The position numbers were made by a program, and so were the translations under genes. DNA of 64,000 nt, taken from contig BTVY01000019.1 of the NCBI GenBank assembly GCA_045863335.1, positions 47,039-111,038 on the forward strand, read 5' to 3'. Origin of the DNA: Candidatus Hydrogenedentota bacterium. Its GTDB lineage: Bacteria; Hydrogenedentota; Hydrogenedentia; Hydrogenedentales; SLHB01. This document shows, piece by piece, positions 56,687-64,000 of this stretch; the stretch's first letter is position 1; the number at the start of each line of letters is the position of its first letter. Under the pieces are notes generated by a model, which did not search any database, was not told the DNA's origin, and saw nothing but the letters and a program-made list of their open reading frames with translations.

Positions 56687-57673
56687 ATGTCCAGTCTTCA
56701 GAGAGCGCAGATGCCGGATTTAAGACCAGAAGTTGTTGTCGATAAACGAGTTATTTCCCTGGTCGATAATATCGAGCAGGTCATTTTCGGCAAGCGTGAA
56801 GTGATCAAACTGTGTGTGGCGGGATTGCTCGCGCGGGGGCATCTCCTCATCGAGGACGTTCCGGGAATGGGGAAGACGACCTTGGCGCAAGGGTTGGCCC
56901 GATCCATCGAGGGGACATTCCACCGGGTTCAATTCACGAGCGACATGTTGCCGTCTGACATCCTGGGCGTATCGATCCTGAGCCAGCGTACCCAGGAATT
57001 CGAATTCCGGCCCGGCCCCATTTTTGCGAACGTCGTTTTGGCCGACGAAGTGAACCGCACGCCGCCGAAGACCCAGAGCGCGTTGCTGGAGGCCATGAGC
57101 GAGTTTCAGGTGTCCGTGGATGGGGCGACGCGTCCCCTACCCAATCCCTTTCTCGTGATGGCAACGCAGAATCCAATCGAATACGAGGGCACCTATACCT
57201 TGCCGGAGTCGCAGTTGGACCGCTTCATGCTTCGCGTTGAGATGGGCTACCCCGGAGACGAGGACGAGCTTCATATTATGCGCCGGCGGGATCCGCGCGT
57301 CGCGCTGGACCAATTGCAGCCGGTTGTTACTGCGCGCGAGGTGGTGGAGTTGCAGCAATTGACCGGCACCGTGATGGTGGAGGAAAGTGTCGCGCGCTAT
57401 ATCCTGGCGATTGTGAAGGGAACGCGGGACCACGAATTCGTGCAACTGGGCGCGAGTCCGCGGGCGTCCGTATCGTATTATGAAGCGTGTCAGGCGCGCG
57501 CGCTTGTCGAAGGCCGGGACTTTGTGACGCCCGACGACGTTCGCCAGATGGCCGTGCCCGTCTTGTCGCATCGTATCCTCGCCAAATCGCGGGATGGCAA
57601 CCCCATTGCGTCTGCCCGAGCCCGCGCCTCGGCGATTCAAGACATCCTCGAGCAGACGCCCTGTCCGGAATAG
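56687..57673 (+). CDS. moxR: MoxR family AAA+ ATPase
   Basis: EDVPGMGKT, VQFTSDMLPSD, LADEVNR, ATQNP, LPESQLDRF, GASPR. Confidence 0.95.
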   Translation: MSSLQRAQMPDLRPEVVVDKRVISLVDNIEQVIFGKREVIKLCVAGLLARGHLLIEDVPGMGKTTLAQGLARSIEGTFHRVQFTSDMLPSDILGVSILSQRTQEFEFRPGPIFANVVLADEVNRTPPKTQSALLEAMSEFQVSVDGATRPLPNPFLVMATQNPIEYEGTYTLPESQLDRFMLRVEMGYPGDEDELHIMRRRDPRVALDQLQPVVTAREVVELQQLTGTVMVEESVARYILAIVKGTRDHEFVQLGASPRASVSYYEACQARALVEGRDFVTPDDVRQMAVPVLSHRILAKSRDGNPIASARARASAIQDILEQTPCPE

Positions 57674-57677
57674 CACA

Positions 57678-58757
57678 ATGTTCCTCATAAAACGGTCCCG
57701 TGTCCGGCGGCTGGAGCGTGGCGGCTTCGTGTTTCTCATTGCTGTTCTGGCCGCCTTGGCCGCAGCATGGAATTCCGGCACCAGCCTCTATTACCTCGTC
57801 TTCGGCGGCATGGCGAGTATCATGGTTGCGTCGTATTTTCTGGCCGGCAGCGCCGTGCGCCGCATTCGCGTTGAGCGCGAGGCTCCTCACGCGGTAACGC
57901 GCGGTGAAGGATTCGGCATGGTGCTACGCGTGACGAACGAACGGCGATTGTTGCCGGTTGTGTCTTTGCGCGTGTCATTTGCCGATTCGCCCAAGGACGT
58001 CGCGGGTGTGTTTATCTCCATTCCGCCTCGGCGGACCGCGCAACTCCGGCTCAGTCAATGTTTTGAGAAACGGGGGGTGTATCCGCTGCCTCCGGTCGTA
58101 ATCTCAACCTCTTTTCCTTTTGGCTTGATCGCGTCGAGTAAGACCTTTCCGGACCAGCGCGAGGTCGTCGTATACCCGCGGGTGCAGGCGGCGCGCACGG
58201 CCGTGGTCGAGCAAGCGGGCGGGGCAGGCCACATGCCGAAGGTATTTCAAGGGTCGGGCGATGAGTTCTTCAGTCTGCGTCCCTATGTTCCGGGAGACGA
58301 TCCGAGGCAGATCGCGTGGCGGGCGAGCGCCAAGAGCCAAACGTTGCTGATCAAGGAACTGGAGCAAGAGTACTCGCGCCATGTGATTTTCGTGCTGGAC
58401 ACGCGCGTGATTCCGAGCCTTGAAGATTTCGACGAACGATTTGAGGACGCGATCGAGTTGGTGGCTTCGCTCGCCGTGACCTTGCTGAACCGGCAGTACA
58501 TGGTCGCGTTGGTAACGCCGACCGATTCGCTGAAGGAGGGGGAAGGGAAAGCGCAAGCCATCAAGGTGTTGGAATTCCTCGCCCGTGTCACCACCACCGG
58601 CGCAGACAGCCCGGAACCTTTTTCGCGCGCCCTCTCAACGGCGCATCCGCGGCACACGTGTTTTCTGATGGTCTCCGCCGATCCGCGAGAGTGGGGAAAG
58701 CGGTATGCCGGGGGGGCGTCGCGTGTGCTCGACCCTCGGGAGGTCATCCATGCCTGA
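57678..58757 (+). CDS. DUF58 family protein
   Basis: FPFGL, VVYP, EFFSLRPYVPGDDPRQIAWRASAK. Confidence 0.92.
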   Translation: MFLIKRSRVRRLERGGFVFLIAVLAALAAAWNSGTSLYYLVFGGMASIMVASYFLAGSAVRRIRVEREAPHAVTRGEGFGMVLRVTNERRLLPVVSLRVSFADSPKDVAGVFISIPPRRTAQLRLSQCFEKRGVYPLPPVVISTSFPFGLIASSKTFPDQREVVVYPRVQAARTAVVEQAGGAGHMPKVFQGSGDEFFSLRPYVPGDDPRQIAWRASAKSQTLLIKELEQEYSRHVIFVLDTRVIPSLEDFDERFEDAIELVASLAVTLLNRQYMVALVTPTDSLKEGEGKAQAIKVLEFLARVTTTGADSPEPFSRALSTAHPRHTCFLMVSADPREWGKRYAGGASRVLDPREVIHA

Positions 58758-60993
58758 TAGCGTAAATCGGGCGCTCCGCTTCAGCACCGTGTGCCTCGTG
58801 TTGCTGAGTTATCTTGCCCTGACCTCGGTGAGCAGTTTTGGCGGGGAAGTCGTTCTGGTGGGCATTGTAATCCTGGCGATCGCCCCCTTGCTCGAAGCCG
58901 TTGATCGGGGCACGCCGCTATTTCGGCGAATTACCTCGCTGTTCACCCTCGTATTCGCGTTGGTGATTCTGCCTCAAATGGTGATGAAAGTCGGGGTACT
59001 TATCGCGCTGACGATACTTTGCCTCTACATTCAAGCCTATTTATTAATCCACGACCGTTCGATCCGAGACTACCAGTACATATTTCTGATGGCCTTCTTC
59101 CTGATGGTGTCCGCGTGCGCGCAGAATCCGGAGCCGAGCCTGGGTCTGGTCATTCCGTTCTTCATGATAGCGATCGTGTGGTGTTTTGGAATGCTGCAGA
59201 TTCGCAAGGACGTGACCGGTCATGCGGACGTGTCCGTGGGCATGCTTTTGACACCATCCACGAATGAGCGTCTCGTGCCGACGGAAGGGATGTCGCGGTT
59301 GCAGGAACCGCGGATCATCGGGGGGGCGCTGAGTTCCTTTCTGGTGCTGACGGCGGTTTGTTGTTTCTTGCTTTCCCTGGCCATCTTCGCGCTGACGCCG
59401 AGAATGGAAGTGGGGATGTTGGGTGGCAGTTCGCTCGCGGTGTCTGCGCCCGACGTTACGGACTCCGTCGACCTGGCCCGTGGCGGCCGGATTGGATCGA
59501 GCGGTACTCCCGTGATGCGGGTGCGGTTTCCCGAGGAGCCGGACGGAATCTACGACGGGGAATTGTTGTGGCGGGTGACCACACTGAATGAATACGTCGG
59601 TACACGATGGGGGCGAACACGGATTGACGAGGCGGATTTCGCGGATCGGCAGCGGCGCGAACGCAACGGTGACGTGGAGCAGACCGGACGGCGCCAGTCG
59701 AACCAGTACCGGGTGGTGCAACAGGAAATCTACCTGGACGACCCGCCCCCGACCGGGGTGCCGTGTCTCGCGTTACCACGAGACGCGGAACCGACTGACC
59801 AAGGCGGTGGGCGGCTGGATATTGATGTGTCGGGCGATTACACCGTCTATTCCAGGCAACGACGACGGGTCGCGTTGAGTTATGAGGTCACGTCCGTCGT
59901 ACCTGTGGCGGAACCGGAGCAATTGCGCGAATACCCGGAGCACTTCGCATCGCTGCGGGGGCAGCGGGGGTTTCCGTTTTTCTACGAGCGTGTGATGGGA
60001 TTGCGCGCTTATGAGACGTTCACGCAGGAAGAGCTTTCGGACCCGGCGCGAGAACTGGCCAGAGCGATCACCGATCCCTACGACAATCCATACGATCAAG
60101 CGGAGGCTATCGTACGGTGGTTTCAAGAAGAGGACTTTGTCTACTCCCTTACCGTACCCGAGGCAGACGGGGTGGATCCGATCGACCAGTTTCTATTGGA
60201 GACGCGTACCGGGCATTGTGAACTTTATGCGAGTGCCATGACGCTGATGTTGCGCAGTATCGGTATCCCGGCGCGCGTGGTCTCCGGCTATCGCGGGGGC
60301 GAGTGGTCGGATGCCGACGGCGCGTACATCGTGCGCAAGAGCATGGCGCACATGTGGGTTGAAGTGTACTTCATCAACTACGGGTGGACGACCTTCGATC
60401 CAACTCCCGAAAGCGACCTGCCGGAGTTGGAAATCGGCGCCTTCTCACGACTGGTCTCGCGGCAGATCTTGAATCTGAAGATGATGTGGTTTCGCGATGT
60501 CGTCGGCTACACCGGCGGCATCCATATTGGCGATATAGGACGTTTTACCTTGGGCCTGCTGTGGTTCGATTTCGATGCCATCAACACGACGATTTTGAAT
60601 CGGCCCATATTGTCCGGTGTCGTGCCCAGGATTGTTTTCTGGGGTACGATTCTGATCGCACTCGCACTGGGCGTAATCGCCTTGGTGTCGCGACGGCCGA
60701 GGCGCAGAGTCGCGCACGTGATTTTCTCGCCGGACCAGATGCGAGCGACCCGGCTCTACGGGAAGATGAAACGCCGGCTCACCCGGATGGGAGTTGATTG
60801 TTCCGGTAAGACCGCCGGTGAAGTGTTCGCGGCGTTGAATGGCGATTTTCTGGCTTACGAGAAACCCGTGGGGGAGATCATCCGGGCGTACCGCGAAGCG
60901 AGGTTTGGGGGTCGACCTATGGATCGCCACCGGTACGCGGCGCTGAGTCGCGCGCTCGACGCCCTGGATCGGAAGGCGGATCCGTCCACTTGA
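58750..60993 (+). CDS. TgpA-like transglutaminase-domain membrane protein (DUF3488)
   Basis: N-terminal TM helices; triad GHCELYA, HMWVEVY, FDPTP; IPARVVSGY. Confidence 0.92.
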   Translation: MPDSVNRALRFSTVCLVLLSYLALTSVSSFGGEVVLVGIVILAIAPLLEAVDRGTPLFRRITSLFTLVFALVILPQMVMKVGVLIALTILCLYIQAYLLIHDRSIRDYQYIFLMAFFLMVSACAQNPEPSLGLVIPFFMIAIVWCFGMLQIRKDVTGHADVSVGMLLTPSTNERLVPTEGMSRLQEPRIIGGALSSFLVLTAVCCFLLSLAIFALTPRMEVGMLGGSSLAVSAPDVTDSVDLARGGRIGSSGTPVMRVRFPEEPDGIYDGELLWRVTTLNEYVGTRWGRTRIDEADFADRQRRERNGDVEQTGRRQSNQYRVVQQEIYLDDPPPTGVPCLALPRDAEPTDQGGGRLDIDVSGDYTVYSRQRRRVALSYEVTSVVPVAEPEQLREYPEHFASLRGQRGFPFFYERVMGLRAYETFTQEELSDPARELARAITDPYDNPYDQAEAIVRWFQEEDFVYSLTVPEADGVDPIDQFLLETRTGHCELYASAMTLMLRSIGIPARVVSGYRGGEWSDADGAYIVRKSMAHMWVEVYFINYGWTTFDPTPESDLPELEIGAFSRLVSRQILNLKMMWFRDVVGYTGGIHIGDIGRFTLGLLWFDFDAINTTILNRPILSGVVPRIVFWGTILIALALGVIALVSRRPRRRVAHVIFSPDQMRATRLYGKMKRRLTRMGVDCSGKTAGEVFAALNGDFLAYEKPVGEIIRAYREARFGGRPMDRHRYAALSRALDALDRKADPST

Positions 60994-61011
60994 TCCGGGC
61001 GTTGCTTGACC

Positions 61012-62265
61012 TCACTTGCCCAGGAGGATAGCGACCTGATTAGCTTCCCATAGGGCGATGGCGATATCGAGGGAGCCGTCTGCATTAAGATCTGCCGCGC
61101 TCAGGGCGTACGGCCGCGCGTCCTTGTAGGTGTAGACTTCCCGTTCCATCATCAGGGGCGTGCCGCTTCCCTGCGATCGGTTCATCAGAACGACAACGCG
61201 CGCCGACGCAAAACACGCTGCGGCGATATCCGGCCTTCCATCACCGTCAAAGTCATCGACGACGATATCGCGGATCTCATCCTGCACGATTCGCCGGTCG
61301 TTGTCCGTGCCTACTTCGATTTCTTGCGAGACTTCAAAAGAGAAGTCGCCGTCGGCAAAGAATATGGCGATGGAGTCCGACGAGAAACAATGGGAGACCA
61401 CGAGGTCCAACCGTCCGTCGCCATTCATATCGGCAGTGCGGACCTTGTGAGGGAGAGGGCCCCGGCTGGGAAATCGCTTCACCTCGGAGAATTGGCCTGC
61501 GCCGTCGCCCTTCCAAAGCGCGATTTCGTTTGTGCTGTACATGGTCGTGACCATGTCAACTTTGCCGTCGCCGTTGAAGTCGGCGAGTTGAAGGTCCCGG
61601 GGACCTCCGGGCGCGTCAATCATGTGCGGTTCCGCGAAGTAGGTTTCACCATGACCGGGAAAGACGACGATTACGCCGCTTGACCAACCGGTGGCCACAG
61701 CGTCACGAAAGGGATCTCCGGTGATTTCACGGACGGCAACGGCCGTGATACCCGGCACCGAATAGATTGCGCGGTCGTCATCGTCGCGCACACTCTCGTA
61801 TCGCAGCCCTCCCTCGGGAACGGTGTAGGATGACGGTTCAAAACCCGTGGCGCCGAGATTACGAAAGAGCGTGAGATCTCGGCCGCGTGTGGCATGAAAG
61901 CTGCCGACGACCAAGTCCGGCGCCTTTAGCGCGTCCACGTTCGCGACCGCAATTGCCCACGGCGCGAACCCCGCACGAAGCGGCGGCATTTTTTCATACG
62001 TGAGATCCGGCCTTGCGACCAGGAGCGAAAGCTCATCGTTTGCCGGTCGCTCTTCCCGTGTGTCCGCCATTTCTCCGCGATCCGCGGTGATGATCTCCGG
62101 GAGGCCGTCGTCGTTGAGATCGGCAGTCACGATGGCGCAAGGATTCGGGCCGACCTGAATCCAGCGGCTGTGCTTCACGAAGGTCTCTGCGGTGGCCCAA
62201 TGGACGCAGATGCCCGTGAACAAGGAAAGAACCGCCACATTCCACGATCGCACGTTCAGGCCCAT
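61012..62265 (-). CDS. Secreted FG-GAP/VCBS repeat protein
   Basis: Repeated DxNxDGxxD motifs (ADLNDDGLPE, ADFNGDGKVD, ADMNGDGRLD, ADLNADGSLD). Confidence 0.88.
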   Translation of the reverse strand: MGLNVRSWNVAVLSLFTGICVHWATAETFVKHSRWIQVGPNPCAIVTADLNDDGLPEIITADRGEMADTREERPANDELSLLVARPDLTYEKMPPLRAGFAPWAIAVANVDALKAPDLVVGSFHATRGRDLTLFRNLGATGFEPSSYTVPEGGLRYESVRDDDDRAIYSVPGITAVAVREITGDPFRDAVATGWSSGVIVVFPGHGETYFAEPHMIDAPGGPRDLQLADFNGDGKVDMVTTMYSTNEIALWKGDGAGQFSEVKRFPSRGPLPHKVRTADMNGDGRLDLVVSHCFSSDSIAIFFADGDFSFEVSQEIEVGTDNDRRIVQDEIRDIVVDDFDGDGRPDIAAACFASARVVVLMNRSQGSGTPLMMEREVYTYKDARPYALSAADLNADGSLDIAIALWEANQVAILLGK

Positions 62266-63272
62266 GATTTTCCTGTCAGGCGTGCCGCCAGCCGAATCGC
62301 CGCGCACAAGCTGTCATCCCGTGCGACTCCCGTTCCGGCGATGTCGTACGCGGTGCCGTGATCGACCGACGTGCGCACAATCGGAATTCCCAGTGTGACG
62401 TTCACGCCCTCGTCCATCGCGATGAGCTTCAAGGGAATATGACCTTGGTCATGATACATCGCCACGACGAGGTCGAACTCACCATCCGCCATTCTACGGA
62501 AGACCGTGTCCGGCGGATAAGGCCCGCTGCAGTCGATGCCTTCGGTTTGGCAACGTGCAATGGCGGGTTCGATTTCACGCGATTCCTCGTCTCCGAGCAA
62601 ACCAGCTTCTCCGGCGTGCGGATTGAGCCCGGCGACGGCGATCCGTTTGCGCGGCAGGCCAATTCTGTTCAAGGCATCGTGGGCGATCCGAATCGAGGTT
62701 TCAATGCGATCGGTTCTCACCATCTCCACCGCTTCGCGCAAGGGAAAGTGCGCGGAAATATGCACGATTCGCATCTGGTCGGTAAAGAGACACATGCGGT
62801 AGTCCGGCGATCCGGTCATTTCCGCAATGATCTCAGTGTGCCCGGTTGACGGGCACCCGCCCAACTTGATGCCTTCCTTGTTGATTGGGCACGTTACGAT
62901 GCCGTCGACCACACCGTCGAGGGTGAGTTGCACGGCTGCTCGAATCCACGCCACAGCGGCCGCGCCGGCCACGCCGTCGAGTACGCCCGGCGTGTGTGGC
63001 GGATCCGCGACACCGGCGCTGAATACCGACAGCGTTCCGGGTTCGTGCCGCCAGCCCGCCGGATCCCGCACTTCACGCAGTTGGGGCAAGTTCGCAAGCA
63101 TCGGCCCTTGGGCTGCCAGGATCGACGCGCTGCCGACTACGAGTGGGTCGCAGACCGAAAAGACCGCGTCGCGGGAAAGCGCCTTGGCGAGGATTTCCGG
63201 TCCGATTCCGTTCACATCGCCCATCGTGATGGCGAGACGCGGACGCAACGCGCGCTCCGATTCAAGAATCAC
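62256..63272 (-). CDS. pdxA: 4-hydroxythreonine-4-phosphate dehydrogenase (start uncertain)
   Basis: ITMGDVNGIGPEI, TCPINK, GHTE, GLNPHAGE, YHDQG, RTSVDHGTA. Confidence 0.93.
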   Translation of the reverse strand: MILESERALRPRLAITMGDVNGIGPEILAKALSRDAVFSVCDPLVVGSASILAAQGPMLANLPQLREVRDPAGWRHEPGTLSVFSAGVADPPHTPGVLDGVAGAAAVAWIRAAVQLTLDGVVDGIVTCPINKEGIKLGGCPSTGHTEIIAEMTGSPDYRMCLFTDQMRIVHISAHFPLREAVEMVRTDRIETSIRIAHDALNRIGLPRKRIAVAGLNPHAGEAGLLGDEESREIEPAIARCQTEGIDCSGPYPPDTVFRRMADGEFDLVVAMYHDQGHIPLKLIAMDEGVNVTLGIPIVRTSVDHGTAYDIAGTGVARDDSLCAAIRLAARLTGKSWA

Positions 63273-63388
63273 TACGATTGTCCTTTTGCAGATTTGGCGA
63301 TGAGGTAAACCAGCATGGTGCGAGACATAGCATACGCCATTGCGGGACGAAATCTCCACACGTTGTGAATTCCGATCGAAAAGATCGC

Positions 63389-63417
63389 TTGCGGATATCG
63401 CCCTCGGGTGGTATACT
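63389..63417 (+). promoter_or_regulatory. Putative extended -10 sigma70 promoter, divergent from pdxA
   Basis: TTGCGG, 17 bp, TATACT preceded by TGG. Confidence 0.55.
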
Positions 63418-63836
63418 GCGCGAATCTAATGGTCGGAGCATAGAGTCGGGTTAGTAAGGCCGAAGCTGGACCGGCAAGAACCCGCAGTTGCTCGTCAAAT
63501 TCACGTACCTTCACGTAGTCATGCGCAATCCCCTAGAGGGAGACGTGTGTCTGTTTACAGGAGTAAGCGGCGTGCGCGAGGTGCAGTCGGCAGACCGATG
63601 TATAGCCCTTCTTTGCACGATCCCTTCAACGACTCCGATTCCACTTCAACGCGCCCGAGTCGGGAAAAACCACCAGTCTCTGTTCGCGTCCTTACTCCGG
63701 CAACAATGGCATGGCGAGAGGAAATCGTTCGTAAACTCGCGTGTGTCTTGGGTGCAAAAGGAGTGCTTGACAAGGGCGCCGATCATGATGCACACTCGCT
63801 CCCCATTTGAGCTAAAAAGGCCTAATTTTATTGGGT

Positions 63837-63878
63837 TGTGGAAAGATTGTGGATAGCCCGTGGATAAGCTGTGGATAA
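63837..63878. promoter_or_regulatory. Cluster of four DnaA boxes (oriC/dnaA promoter candidate)
   Basis: TGTGGAAAG (63837), TGTGGATAG (63848), CGTGGATAA (63859), TGTGGATAA (63870, perfect reverse complement of TTATCCACA); 11-bp period. Confidence 0.8.
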
Positions 63879-64000
63879 GTTTTTGAGGTTCTGGATTTGC
63901 CGCGCGCAGCGGTCGCGCGCGGTTTGCGTAGAACGGGAGGAACGAAGTCGGCTCTGGGGTCAGTACGACGTCGATCCAACTGCAGGTGTGAACGAGTAGG

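Noticed and set aside
56687-60993. MoxR-DUF58-transglutaminase operon as a novel system
   Set aside because: A widespread, previously described gene triad; nothing atypical seen.
63800-63836. DnaA-trio element next to the DnaA boxes
   Set aside because: The AT-rich patch lacks a clear run of 3'-GAT-5' trinucleotides, so it cannot be supported.

Overview
GC-rich bacterial chromosomal window with about 50 protein-coding genes. I recognise no rRNA, tRNA, CRISPR array, transposase or integrase. A DUF1559 pilin-like protein with the '[14 protein letters not shown]....AQSE.PVMWD' signature, plus DUF1501, DUF1080 and several TMTC-like TPR proteins, suggests Candidatus Hydrogenedentes or a PVC-like lineage (inference). 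Main points: (1) a four-gene respiratory operon places a Rieske/cytochrome b pair between two CydA-like proteins, one with a C-terminal c-heme and apparently lacking the b558 His, giving a candidate bc/bd-like supercomplex with a Rex/CRP-type palindrome upstream; (2) a DUF2946/CruR-like leader ORF (signal peptide, CxxC, C-terminal RSPP) precedes a structured spacer and a His-tailed DUF1559 pilin, a candidate metal-sensing ribosome-arrest switch; (3) a module with different codon usage has breakpoints inside a secreted fibre-like gene and a GtrB/ArnC-like gene, at the end of an amino-sugar glycosylation operon; (4) an orphan gene is bracketed by 46-bp direct repeats; (5) a metallophosphoesterase has lost most of its metal ligands; (6) many intergenic REP-like and 6/7/9-mer inverted repeat elements occur; (7) four helically phased DnaA boxes lie at the right edge (oriC/dnaA promoter candidate). 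All calls come from motif reading by eye; no database searches were run, and several starts were moved from the ORF track to RBS-supported codons.
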